IMG/VR virus record: IMGVR_UViG_3300027741_000024
Span: 1-64,000 of that record
Source of the DNA: a virus
Reading direction: 5' to 3' (one strand)
Length of the DNA stretch: 64,000 nt
In this document: in pieces, positions 20,319 to 29,789 of the stretch
How the letters are laid out: every line of letters starts with the position of its first letter
Position numbering within the stretch: the stretch's first letter is position 1
Position numbers and translations under genes: made by a program
Notes under the pieces: model-generated
What the model was told of the DNA's origin: nothing
Databases searched by the model: none
The model's input: only the letters and a program-made list of their open reading frames with translations

Positions 20319-20657
20319 ATGGCAAGAACATATAGAATTTTAGGACAAAAAAATCCAACAGGAAATACATTAACAACTTTATATACAGTTCCGACTAGTA
20401 ATTCTGCCATCATATCTTCATTAATAATTGCAAATCTTAACGAAACTGATGGTACCGGAAATTCATTTAGTATTGCAGTTAATATTGGTGGCGTTGCAGT
20501 ATCAAATTCAAATTATATTGCATATCGTGTTAATTGTCCAGTAAGAGATACTGTTACTATGACTCTTGGTATTACAATGAATGCAGGTACAACTATTTCT
20601 GTAAATGCTAATAATTCATTACTTACCTTCTCAGCATTTGGAACTGAAATTTATTAA
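20319..20657 (+). CDS. Small beta-rich virion adaptor protein
   Basis: 112 aa, MARTYRILGQ..P......LYTVP....AIISS..IAN...TLGIT...FSAFGTEI. Confidence 0.7.
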   Translation: MARTYRILGQKNPTGNTLTTLYTVPTSNSAIISSLIIANLNETDGTGNSFSIAVNIGGVAVSNSNYIAYRVNCPVRDTVTMTLGITMNAGTTISVNANNSLLTFSAFGTEIY

Positions 20658-20667
20658 TGGATTTTAA

Positions 20668-21651
20668 ATGAGTCAACGTAGACTTCAAGTTAGTAGAACA
20701 GTCGATAGACAAAACCAAAAATTATCTGGTAAAAGATTATCATTAGCTAGAATGTCTGTTCCTAATAGGTTTGTTAATATTTCTATTCCTCCTGGAATAT
20801 ATACTCTCATATATGGTACTACTAGTACATTTACTGTACCCGATGGACTTACTCAAGTAGACTATATCATTGTTGGAGGTGGAGGTGGTGGAGGTGCATT
20901 TAGAGGAGGTGGCGGTGGCGGTGGAGGAGTTATTCAAGGAACAAATTTACCCGTAATTCCAGGAACAACATATACGATTAGTATTGGTGCTGGTGGTGCT
21001 GGAGGTACAAATGGAGGCGATACCAATGGTTCTAATGGTGCTGATGGTGGCTCTACTGTAATTATAAATGGACCAACGAATCTAACTTCATATGCGCTTG
21101 GTGGTGGTGGAGGTGCGGGTGGATTAAAAAATGGTAATGGTGGCGGTTCTGGTGGAGGTGCTGGTGGTGGTGGCGGTGGCAGTACAGCAGACTTTTTTGC
21201 AGGTGCTGGAATCCAAGGAACTCCAGGTCAAGGTAATAATGGTGGAGATAATATTAGTCCTGGTCCATTAGGAACATCACAAAGAGCCGCAGGTGGCGGT
21301 GGTGCTGGTGGTGTCGGACAATCAATTACAACACACCCAGCAACTTCAAGTGCTCCTGAAGGTTATGGAGGCATAGGAACAATTTCTTCACTTTCTGGAA
21401 CAATAACTTACTATGCTGGTGGTGGTGGAGGAGGCGGTGGTCCAAATTATGCTGCGCTTGGTGGCAATGGAGGTGGAGGTAATGGTGCGTTTAGTCCAAC
21501 AACTCCTGCTACTACTGGAACAACTGGATTGGGTGGCGGTGGTGGTGGCGGAAATGGTTTAAATCCATATCCTGTTGGTGATCCTGCTTCATTTAGGAAT
21601 GGTGCAGCTGGCGGTTCAGGAGTTGCTATAATTAGATACACTATATTGTGA
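20668..21651 (+). CDS. Glycine-rich domain protein, putative adhesin/fibre tip
   Basis: Many GGGG tracts, VDYIIVGGGGGGG, YYAGGGGGG, C-terminal GGSGVAIIRY. Confidence 0.75.
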   Translation: MSQRRLQVSRTVDRQNQKLSGKRLSLARMSVPNRFVNISIPPGIYTLIYGTTSTFTVPDGLTQVDYIIVGGGGGGGAFRGGGGGGGGVIQGTNLPVIPGTTYTISIGAGGAGGTNGGDTNGSNGADGGSTVIINGPTNLTSYALGGGGGAGGLKNGNGGGSGGGAGGGGGGSTADFFAGAGIQGTPGQGNNGGDNISPGPLGTSQRAAGGGGAGGVGQSITTHPATSSAPEGYGGIGTISSLSGTITYYAGGGGGGGGPNYAALGGNGGGGNGAFSPTTPATTGTTGLGGGGGGGNGLNPYPVGDPASFRNGAAGGSGVAIIRYTIL

Positions 21652-21693
21652 TTATTAAGTATTGATAAATATTTTTATTTTAAAGGTGATTGA

Positions 21694-22107
21694 ATGAATA
21701 ACACAGAAATTGAATATGCACATTTTCTAATTGGCAGTAACAACAAATTAGTTTGTGGTATTGACACAGCAATTAAAGCATTACGTCCAACAGCACGATA
21801 CGATATGTCCGCATCAGGTGGACACTTTGAGTTTACACGTTGGGAAGATGATGCTAAAACAGAAGCACCAACAAAAGCAGAAATTATGGCAGAGTTGGAA
21901 TATCAGAATAAGTTTATTGAGTATCATCAGTATTTTCTAGATCGTGCATCAAACTATCCCGATATTACAGTTCTTGTAAACTCTCTTTGGGAAGCAATGA
22001 ACAACAGTGAGATACCAGGTAAAGGAACAAAATTTTATAATATGATCAAAGAAATCAATGATAAATATCCTAAACCTGAAGGCGATGCACCAGTAAGACC
22101 AGAATAA
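21694..22107 (+). CDS. Hypothetical protein, possible fibre assembly chaperone
   Basis: 137 aa directly after the Gly-rich gene; AI..LRP.A...W.D....PT..EI..E and R...YP.......LW...IK...KYPKP pattern. Confidence 0.55.
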   Translation: MNNTEIEYAHFLIGSNNKLVCGIDTAIKALRPTARYDMSASGGHFEFTRWEDDAKTEAPTKAEIMAELEYQNKFIEYHQYFLDRASNYPDITVLVNSLWEAMNNSEIPGKGTKFYNMIKEINDKYPKPEGDAPVRPE

Positions 22108-22119
22108 CAAGGAAATAAA

Positions 22120-22434
22120 ATGGCATATATTGGAAATCAAGTAACATCAGTACCATTTACTATAGATGTGTTCAGTGGAGATGGATCAGCAACTTCGTTT
22201 GGACCACTTGTTCGTGCTCCAGCCACTGCTGCATCTGTTATGATATTTGTTGCTGGTGTCTATCAACGTCCAAATATTGATTATACGTTGAATGCTGATT
22301 ATGTCGATTTTACTTTTATACCTAATTCTGGTACAAATAATATTGTTATTCATCATATAGGTAATGGTGTAATTGCAACACAAGTATCACCAGATTATTC
22401 AACAACAGCAAAGTTAGGATGGGGATGGTGGTAG
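22120..22434 (+). CDS. Virion structural protein (MAYIGN family), possibly truncated
   Basis: Paralogue of 19906..20301 (FSGDGS.T.F, GVYQ.P..DYT); ends abruptly in TTAKLGWGWW. Confidence 0.65.
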   Translation: MAYIGNQVTSVPFTIDVFSGDGSATSFGPLVRAPATAASVMIFVAGVYQRPNIDYTLNADYVDFTFIPNSGTNNIVIHHIGNGVIATQVSPDYSTTAKLGWGWW

Positions 22435-22501
22435 TAAAAGACCTGAATCACGAAATTTTCAATTCAGATATTGATATAGATAGGACATCGAATCCTTCTA
22501 A

Positions 22502-22509
22502 CATAAATA
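22502..22509 (+). promoter_or_regulatory. Putative late promoter
   Basis: CATAAATA in the intergenic gap before 22542. Confidence 0.6.
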
Positions 22510-22541
22510 GATTAAATTGTTTTAACTTGGGAGAGTATTGA

Positions 22542-22913
22542 ATGGCACATTTCGCACAACTTGATGAAAATAACGTTGTAACACAAGTAATTGTTGTTGG
22601 TAACAATGAATTGCTTGACGCTCATGGCCAAGAACGTGAAGAACTTGGCATCGCATTTTGCCAAAAACTATTTGGTGGTAACTGGAAACAAACATCATAT
22701 AATAATAATAAACGTGTTCGCTATGCTGGTATCGGTTATTCGTATCATGCTGACATCGATGCATTTGTTCCTCCAAAACCTCATGCATCATGGCATCTAA
22801 ACAACACAACAGCATTGTGGGAAGCACCTACGCCTGCACCTGATGATGGTAAATTCTATTACTGGGTTGAAGAAACTCAATCATGGGTTGAAGATGAAAC
22901 TGCACCTGCGTAA
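22542..22913 (+). CDS. Putative fibre-associated/assembly protein (MAHFAQLD family)
   Basis: MAHFAQLDENNVVTQVIVV...WKQTSYN...R..YAGIGY.Y....DAF.PPKP..SW.L......WEAP.P.P, a pattern commonly found beside Gly-rich phage proteins. Confidence 0.65.
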   Translation: MAHFAQLDENNVVTQVIVVGNNELLDAHGQEREELGIAFCQKLFGGNWKQTSYNNNKRVRYAGIGYSYHADIDAFVPPKPHASWHLNNTTALWEAPTPAPDDGKFYYWVEETQSWVEDETAPA

Positions 22914-22931
22914 GTTATTTTCATTTTAAAG

Positions 22932-22956
22932 AAACCCTGCTTCGGCAGGGTTTTTT
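22932..22956 (+). terminator. Rho-independent terminator with C(UUCG)G tetraloop
   Basis: AAACCCTGC-TTCG-GCAGGG followed by TTTTTT. Confidence 0.93.
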
Positions 22957-22974
22957 ATTGGCAATATGAGATTG

Positions 22975-22982
22975 ACTAAATA
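22975..22982 (+). promoter_or_regulatory. Putative late promoter
   Basis: ACTAAATA just after the terminator and ahead of the GGxF fibre cluster. Confidence 0.6.
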
Positions 22983-23003
22983 TACCAATAAAAGGAGAAA
23001 ATC

Positions 23004-23408
23004 TTGGCGGCATTTTCAGAATTAACAATTGAGCAGGGTGCAAATCTAACATCATATGTTACAGTATCCGATAGTAGTGGTTACCCAATAAATTTACAAT
23101 TTTATTCTGCCGTTTCTCAACTTCGCAAATCTTATTATTCTTCATCATATAAACCTTTAACTGCAACAGTTACGGGTATTGCAAATGGTCAAATTACATT
23201 GACGATGACCGCAGCAAATACTGCTAATCTTAATCCTGGTCGATATGTATATGATTTAAACATAATTAATTCTGTAGATAATTCAGTGATACGAGTAGTG
23301 GAAGGAACGGCAGTAATTCTTCCAGCAGTTACAAATAGTTATAACTCATATTCACCACCTCCAGAACCACCATCAGGAGATTTAGAAATTGATGGTGGAA
23401 CTTTCTAA
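23004..23408 (+). CDS. Virion adaptor protein with Pro-rich linker and C-terminal DGGTF
   Basis: L.IEQGA..., QLRKSY, G.I.L...AA.TA.L.PGRYVYD, RVVEG...I.P.VT; TTG start with SD AAGGAG. Confidence 0.7.
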   Translation: MAAFSELTIEQGANLTSYVTVSDSSGYPINLQFYSAVSQLRKSYYSSSYKPLTATVTGIANGQITLTMTAANTANLNPGRYVYDLNIINSVDNSVIRVVEGTAVILPAVTNSYNSYSPPPEPPSGDLEIDGGTF

Positions 23409-23419
23409 AGAGGATAAAT

Positions 23420-23650
23420 ATGGATTCAGTTTCAGTTAAAGTTTTTCAACCAAATAGAACTACAATCGTATCTAATGATTTTCGTGCCAAACCTAATGTG
23501 TCAATGGCAGAAATAAATGATGTAAGTACGACAGGACTTCAAGATGGATATATACTTGTTTATAGTTCGGCAAATAACAAATATGAAACTAAAAGCAGTT
23601 CAAACATAACTCCTGCTACAGTGATTCAGGTTGATGGTGGTTATTTCTAA
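23420..23650 (+). CDS. Small virion linker protein with C-terminal DGGYF
   Basis: 76 aa; EINDV......DG..LVY......Y motif typical of fibre linkers. Confidence 0.65.
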   Translation: MDSVSVKVFQPNRTTIVSNDFRAKPNVSMAEINDVSTTGLQDGYILVYSSANNKYETKSSSNITPATVIQVDGGYF

Positions 23651-23660
23651 AAAAATATAA

Positions 23661-26360
23661 ATGGCTAATCTATCAATACAAATTAAACGGTCATTAACGA
23701 CCAATACTCCAAATAGTTTAAACATTGGAGAACCAGCATATTCATATGCCAGTAATACATTCTTTATAGGTTCACCTGCAGGCACTGGTTCTATTGCGGT
23801 TGGTGGCAAGTTCTATCTAGACCAACAACAAACAATTTTTAATACAGTAAATGCTGCGTTTACTGCTGCTAATAATGCTGTTGCTGGAAATGTAGATCAG
23901 GCCGCTCGTAATCAATCAAACTCCGCATTTATTCAAGCAAATGCTGCTTTTGCTGCAGCAAATGCTGGTGGTACAGATCAATTTGCTCGTAATACTGCCA
24001 ATGCTGCATTCATACAAGCAAACACTCCAAGTTATGTTGCTAACTCTGCTGCATCATATGCAAATGCTGCTTTTGCTGCTGCAAATGCTTCTACTGCAAC
24101 CAATGTAACACAAAATAATTCTATTACTGCTGCATTTAATACTGCGAATGCTGCGTTTGCTGCTGCTAATGCTGGCAGTAGTGGTACTGATTCATATGCA
24201 CGTAACCAAGCAAATGCTGCGTTTGTTGCTGCAAATGCTTCTACTGCAACTGATACCACACAAAACAATTCTATTACCGTAGCACTGAATACCGCTAATG
24301 CTGCGTTTGCTTCAGCAAATAATATTGATGGTATCAATTCTACACAGAATAATTCTATTGCTGCTGCGTTTGCTGCTGCTAACGCTGCAAGTGCAACTGA
24401 TACAACACAAAACAATTCTATTACTGCGGCATTCAATACCGCTAATGCTGCATTTATACAAGCAAATACACCATCATATGTTTCTAACTCTGCGGCATCA
24501 TATGCGAATGCTGCTTTTGCGGCTGCTAATGCTGCATTCACACAAGCGAATGTTTCAGTCGGTGTTGATGCATCACAAAACAGTTCTATTACTGCTGCAT
24601 TCAATACTGCAAATGCTGCTTTTGCTGCTGCGAATGCTGGTGGTTCATCCACCGATTCGTGGGCACGTAACCAAGCCAATGCTGCATTCATACAAGCGAA
24701 TACAACTGGTACTCCTGTTGGCAATAATATTTCATTAGGAGCAAATGGTGTAGGTCAATTAGTAAGCAATGCAATAACTCTTACCACAACAACATCAGTG
24801 ACGAATAGTATAGCGCAATTAAATCAAGTGTTAGGTAAACTTGTACCTCCTGGACCACCAGCATTTCCATCTGGAAATACTCTTACAATTAGTAATGTCC
24901 AGACGTTTAGAATGACGAACTTTACTCAAACGGATCGTACATCATCATCAAGAAATGTTGCTGGTGGTACTACTGTTACAAACATTCGTCGTTCAAGTTC
25001 TTATAGCACATCAACGATTCAAGATCAAGGTCCAGGTGATAGTGGTACATTAACATTATTTAAAAACAGTGCTAATAATAGTGCATACACTTTTACAAAT
25101 GCTTCGGCAAATGGAACATATGGTGATATAGTTATTTCGGACAGTGTTGATTATGGTTCAAAAGTTACTGGAACAGCGCAAGGTTTTTGGAGAAGTTTTG
25201 ACTCTTCAGCAGCAGGTACAGTATCAAATGGTTGGAATGAAATCTATCTGACACATTCTGGAGCATCAACAACCAATACTCCTTTCTGGTACTATGACGA
25301 TAATGCACCAGGTGCACCAGTAATATCATCAACAAGTATCGTATCAAATACTGTTTCGTATGCTAACTCAAGCACCATACCACATTACAATTCATCTACT
25401 TTGTTTAATTTAGGATTCAATGTTGCAAAATTAAGTGGTGATACGTATCCAACAACTGATACATTTGTGTCAGCAGCAAGTGGTGGTGCTTTTCAATCAA
25501 ATGCAGGTGTCACATATACACAAGCAGGGATTACAACACCGCTTGCACGTAATCTTTATGTGACAAGTGGTTATGCAACGGTAAATTTAACATGTGCTGT
25601 TACTACAGGTTTTGGTAATAGTTCTTCTGGTCCTACAGTAACAACAAACAATAGTTATCTCTCTACAACATCAGCAGCAATTACTCCTGGCGCAATTGTT
25701 CAGTATAAAACTGGTACATCAAGTGCAATGGAAGAAACTACTTTAACATTTGGTTCGGCTATTGGAGTGGGTTCAGGATTGGCATTTAGAGTTGCAAATC
25801 CTGATTCAGGAACTGCTAATGATAATCCTTCATATGCTAATAATGCTTCAGCATTTGATAGCACAAATGGACCACTTCGTGTTACTGATGCTACTATTGT
25901 TGCTGGTGTATTAAAACATGATATAACAAATTACTCTACAGGTTATTTACCAGTAGGTCCGAATTTAAGCACAGGTCGTTCTGGTTCACAATACTTTACA
26001 TTTAAATTTATTCGTACATCGGTATCTAAATTTGATATTCAATTCTCTGGAACAATTGCTGGTCTATGGGTTGCACTTCCCGGTAGTATTATAGATTCAA
26101 AATCTACTATTGGTGGATGGTTAGACATGAGTGTGGCATACGCTGGTTCAGGTATACCAGGTGTGTTAGGAAATGGAAGTAATGGTTGTGCATTAGGTGG
26201 TATAGTCACACTAAATAGTTTAGTATCATCACATAGAAAAACTTGTACGTTTGGTACGGTGTCAAGTTCAGATACTACATTAAATGAAATTTACGTTAGG
26301 ATTAAACTTACAACCGGTCAAACTGTGACTGCGTTATCCCTACAAACCGCAAGTAACTAA
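23661..26360 (+). CDS. Fibre protein: N-terminal IQIKRS domain, Ala/Asn heptad stalk, beta-rich C-terminal head
   Basis: 899 aa; MANLSIQIKRS...L.IGEPAY N-terminus, ANAAF and TQNNSIT repeats, Ser/Thr-rich C-terminal domain. Confidence 0.75.
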   Translation: MANLSIQIKRSLTTNTPNSLNIGEPAYSYASNTFFIGSPAGTGSIAVGGKFYLDQQQTIFNTVNAAFTAANNAVAGNVDQAARNQSNSAFIQANAAFAAANAGGTDQFARNTANAAFIQANTPSYVANSAASYANAAFAAANASTATNVTQNNSITAAFNTANAAFAAANAGSSGTDSYARNQANAAFVAANASTATDTTQNNSITVALNTANAAFASANNIDGINSTQNNSIAAAFAAANAASATDTTQNNSITAAFNTANAAFIQANTPSYVSNSAASYANAAFAAANAAFTQANVSVGVDASQNSSITAAFNTANAAFAAANAGGSSTDSWARNQANAAFIQANTTGTPVGNNISLGANGVGQLVSNAITLTTTTSVTNSIAQLNQVLGKLVPPGPPAFPSGNTLTISNVQTFRMTNFTQTDRTSSSRNVAGGTTVTNIRRSSSYSTSTIQDQGPGDSGTLTLFKNSANNSAYTFTNASANGTYGDIVISDSVDYGSKVTGTAQGFWRSFDSSAAGTVSNGWNEIYLTHSGASTTNTPFWYYDDNAPGAPVISSTSIVSNTVSYANSSTIPHYNSSTLFNLGFNVAKLSGDTYPTTDTFVSAASGGAFQSNAGVTYTQAGITTPLARNLYVTSGYATVNLTCAVTTGFGNSSSGPTVTTNNSYLSTTSAAITPGAIVQYKTGTSSAMEETTLTFGSAIGVGSGLAFRVANPDSGTANDNPSYANNASAFDSTNGPLRVTDATIVAGVLKHDITNYSTGYLPVGPNLSTGRSGSQYFTFKFIRTSVSKFDIQFSGTIAGLWVALPGSIIDSKSTIGGWLDMSVAYAGSGIPGVLGNGSNGCALGGIVTLNSLVSSHRKTCTFGTVSSSDTTLNEIYVRIKLTTGQTVTALSLQTASN
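23845..24705 (+). repeat. Degenerate coding repeats (AN[A/S]AF heptads, TQNNSITAAFNT)
   Basis: Recurrent aatgctgc(t/g/a)tt(t/c) and acacaaaa(c/t)aattctatt units. Confidence 0.85.
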
Positions 26361-26362
26361 CT

Positions 26363-26998
26363 ATGTCAATATCAGATTCGTCAAAAGTAGACTTATTATA
26401 TAAAAAGCTTTTTGGTGTTGCCAAGACAGATACGGCAACAAATAAAAGTCCGAGCAATGAATCGATTGCCAGTCCAACCATCAATCGTGGTGATCGTGTT
26501 TGGACCCAAGCGGCAGACATTCCTGCAACAGCACCTGGATCAAATACTTCAGTAGTTCAACTTTATCAAACGACTGCTAGAGTTCAATGTACTGCTGATA
26601 CCACAACGACCCCAATAAGTTCTGTTTATCCATCATGGAAAACAAATCTAACTGATTGGATTACTCCGGAATTCGGTTCAACATATTTTATTAAAGTGTA
26701 TGCTGAAACTTCAGGTAATGCTAATCCAACTACAGGAACACCATTATCGGATTCTGGTATTGGTGGTGTAGGTGAATGGTTCTTTGATTATCAAGCAGGA
26801 GTGTTAAACTTTATTGGTGGTACAATACCAGCAACGCTAACATCATCAAAGGTAATTTATATTACTGGTTACAGATACGTTGGTGAGATTGGTGTTGCTG
26901 CTGCAAACAACAGACTTGTTGCTGCTTTTAATACCGCTAATGCTGCATTTCAACAAGCAAATACTGGTCCGCTATCAATTGTTGGTGGCAGTTTTTAG
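26363..26998 (+). CDS. Virion protein with C-terminal GGSF
   Basis: 211 aa; KVD.LYKK.FG..KTD, WI.PEFG.TY, EWFFDYQAGVLNFIG; ends with ANAAF heptads and IVGGSF. Confidence 0.7.
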   Translation: MSISDSSKVDLLYKKLFGVAKTDTATNKSPSNESIASPTINRGDRVWTQAADIPATAPGSNTSVVQLYQTTARVQCTADTTTTPISSVYPSWKTNLTDWITPEFGSTYFIKVYAETSGNANPTTGTPLSDSGIGGVGEWFFDYQAGVLNFIGGTIPATLTSSKVIYITGYRYVGEIGVAAANNRLVAAFNTANAAFQQANTGPLSIVGGSF

Positions 26999-27008
26999 AT
27001 AATCAAAA

Positions 27009-27341
27009 GTGTTAAATACATTAATACAATTTAAAAGATCATTAACAAATAATTCTCCAACTGCTTTAAACATTGGAGAACCTGGTTATTCGTATTCAAG
27101 TAATACATTATTCATTGGAACATCTGATAATAATGGTGTCATTGAAATTGGTGGCAGTAAGTATATTGTTCAATTAGGATATGCGTTTGACGCTGCTAAT
27201 TCTGCATTTATACAAGCCAATTCTGCTTATCGGTCACAAAATGCAACTGGAAATGTAGCAAACTCAGCATACACTCAAGCAAATGCGGCATTTATTGCTG
27301 CTAATGCAATCACAACATTGATTTTTGGTGGTAGTTTCTAA
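27009..27341 (+). CDS. Short fibre extender: IQFKRS domain, short stalk, C-terminal GGSF
   Basis: 110 aa; N-terminus paralogous to 23661..26360; GTG start. Confidence 0.7.
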   Translation: MLNTLIQFKRSLTNNSPTALNIGEPGYSYSSNTLFIGTSDNNGVIEIGGSKYIVQLGYAFDAANSAFIQANSAYRSQNATGNVANSAYTQANAAFIAANAITTLIFGGSF

Positions 27342-27352
27342 AAACGTAAAAA

Positions 27353-27360
27353 CATAAATA
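27353..27360 (+). promoter_or_regulatory. Putative late promoter
   Basis: CATAAATA in the intergenic gap before 27397. Confidence 0.6.
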
Positions 27361-27396
27361 AAGAATAATTAAAAGCCTTAATCGAGAGGATAAAAA

Positions 27397-29211
27397 ATGG
27401 CCAATACAGTAATTCAACTAAAATACTCCCAGGTAAATGCTACTCCAACATCATTAAATGTTGCAGAACCAGCATATTCTTATGTCAGTAATACATTCTT
27501 TATTGGTTCTCCTTCTGGTACTGGAGTTATTCCAATCGGTGGTAAGTTCTATCTTGATCAACAACAATCAATTTATGATTCGGTAAATGCGGCGTTTCAA
27601 CAAGCAAATACTGGAGCGACCAGTACATATGCATTTAATCAGGCAAACTCTGCATTCTTCCATGCTAATGCCGCATTCAGCACAGCAAACGGTTCAGTAG
27701 CAGTAAATACAACACAAAATAATAGTATTGCTGCTGCTTTTTATCATGCAAACGCTGCATATGGTAAAGCAAACACTGCTGACACTAATGCTGGTAATGC
27801 TCAAACCACTGCCGATAATGCTGCTGCTGCTGCTTCTAATGCACAAAGCACTGCCGATGGTGCAGTAGCAGTAAACACAACACAAAATAATAGTATTGCT
27901 GCCGCTTTTGCTGCTGCTAATGCTGCAACGGCAACTAATACGACACAGAATAATAGCATCACTTTTGCTTCTGATACTGCTAATGCTGCTTTTGCCAATG
28001 CAAACAGTTACATCACACGTAACGAAGCAGTTAATGTAACACAAAATAATAGAACTGATGCTGCTTTTACACGTGCTAATAACTCGTTGTCTGCCAATAA
28101 CGGTGGTACAGTTACTGGTGACGTTTCTATTACTGGTAACTTGTATGTTACTGGTAATGTTGTCTCGATTAGCACCACAGAAATTGTTGCCAATGACTCG
28201 TTAATTGTTCTTGGCCTTGGAAATTACACATCCGATCTCGTAGATATCGGTTTTGCTGGTCATTACAACGATGGTACGAATGCTCACTCTGGTATTATTC
28301 GTGATTCATCCAATAAAGAATTCTATGTTTTTGATGGTTACACTCCAGAAATTGGAGCAAATAATAATATCAATCCAAATCATGCATCGTTCAATCTTTC
28401 AACACTGAATGCAAATCTAAAATCGCAGACTGTTCGTATCAAAAATATTGATATACTTCCATATGCAAATATAATATACGACACTGCAAATGCTGCGTTT
28501 GCAGCTGCTAATGCTGCAACTGCAACTGATACAACACAAAATAATTCCATTACTGCGGCATTTAATACTGCAAATGCTGCATTTACTGCTGCTAATGGTG
28601 CAGTTGCTGTTAATGCTACTCAAAATACCAATATTACTAACGCACAGAATTCTGCTGATGCCGCATTCAGTGCTGCTAATGGTTCAATAGCGGTTAATAA
28701 TACACAAAACAATTCTATTACGGTAGCATTGAACACATCAAATGCAGCATTTAATCATGCTAATGCTGCATTTGCTTCTGCTAATAATATTGATGGCATT
28801 AATGCTACTCAAAATACCAATATTACTAGTGTAACAAATACTGCTACATCAGCATTTAATCATGCTAATGCTGCATTTAATACAGCAAATACTGACGTTA
28901 CAAACGTTTCAATTACTGCTGCAAACTATGGTACTGCAAGTGCAGTTGCTTCGTTTAGAGTTGAAGCAAATGGTCGTATCACCTCTGCCAATAACACAGC
29001 GATTGCAATCTCTGCTGATGCAATTACTTCTGGTACATTACCTGTAGGAAGAGGCGGCACTGGTGCTACTACGTTTACAACTAATGGTGTTCTATTGGGT
29101 CAAGGAACAAGCGCATTCTCAACTGCATCATCGTCAACTGAAGGACACGTATTAACCATCAACGCTTCTGGTGTTCCAACATTTACATATCTACAAGGTG
29201 GAACATTCTAA
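27397..29211 (+). CDS. Fibre protein: IQLKYS domain, Ala/Asn stalks, internal globular domain, C-terminal GGTF
   Basis: 604 aa; paralogous N-terminus; DIG.AGHYNDG domain shared with 29789..33241; GTLPVGRGGTGA motif. Confidence 0.75.
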   Translation: MANTVIQLKYSQVNATPTSLNVAEPAYSYVSNTFFIGSPSGTGVIPIGGKFYLDQQQSIYDSVNAAFQQANTGATSTYAFNQANSAFFHANAAFSTANGSVAVNTTQNNSIAAAFYHANAAYGKANTADTNAGNAQTTADNAAAAASNAQSTADGAVAVNTTQNNSIAAAFAAANAATATNTTQNNSITFASDTANAAFANANSYITRNEAVNVTQNNRTDAAFTRANNSLSANNGGTVTGDVSITGNLYVTGNVVSISTTEIVANDSLIVLGLGNYTSDLVDIGFAGHYNDGTNAHSGIIRDSSNKEFYVFDGYTPEIGANNNINPNHASFNLSTLNANLKSQTVRIKNIDILPYANIIYDTANAAFAAANAATATDTTQNNSITAAFNTANAAFTAANGAVAVNATQNTNITNAQNSADAAFSAANGSIAVNNTQNNSITVALNTSNAAFNHANAAFASANNIDGINATQNTNITSVTNTATSAFNHANAAFNTANTDVTNVSITAANYGTASAVASFRVEANGRITSANNTAIAISADAITSGTLPVGRGGTGATTFTTNGVLLGQGTSAFSTASSSTEGHVLTINASGVPTFTYLQGGTF

Positions 29212-29237
29212 ATACTTTATCATGAAAAGGAGTTATT

Positions 29238-29789
29238 ATGAGTGTAGAATTTTCAAATGTATATCAAGAGGTTTTGCTTGAGAACTTAGATGTAATCATC
29301 AAGCAAAACTTCGTGATGCAAGCAAGATTAAAATTGCTTGAAAAAGAAACAGACGTTCGTGCAGAAATGCAGGCAAAAATTGATGAAATTACAGTAAAAC
29401 ACCAAGAAGCTTTACAACAAATTAGTCAGACTCAACATTATAAAGCACAAGCAGATAGTAATGATGCGATAGTTCAAGAAAAAACTAGAATTCAATCTGC
29501 TTTAAATGATACTATGCGGGATCTTGGTGTAACAAAAGATGCATTACAAGCAAAAGAAAATGCTTATAATGGCATTTTGCAAGAACTTAATACAACAAAG
29601 AGTGTGCTAGAGTTAAAAGAAAAGGAAATAGAAGAAATGAAATCTCGTATTTCTGAATTGGAAAAATTAGTTCCTTCTGCACCTAAAGTTGTTAAGAAAG
29701 TTGCTGTAAAGTCTATTGAAGAATTGCCTGTTGAAATTTCTGCTACTGAAACCAATAAACTAAAGGTTGAGGCTGGCGGGACATTTTAA
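29238..29789 (+). CDS. Charged coiled-coil protein with C-terminal GGTF
   Basis: 183 aa, E/K/Q/L-rich heptads; SD AAAGGAG; TAATG-coupled to the next fibre gene. Confidence 0.75.
   Translation: MSVEFSNVYQEVLLENLDVIIKQNFVMQARLKLLEKETDVRAEMQAKIDEITVKHQEALQQISQTQHYKAQADSNDAIVQEKTRIQSALNDTMRDLGVTKDALQAKENAYNGILQELNTTKSVLELKEKEIEEMKSRISELEKLVPSAPKVVKKVAVKSIEELPVEISATETNKLKVEAGGTF

Noticed and set aside
24032-24738. 230-aa minus-strand ORF and 146-aa alternate-frame ORF
   Set aside because: Shadows of the GCT/GCA/AAT-rich fibre repeat, which lacks stops in other frames; no RBS or domain signal.
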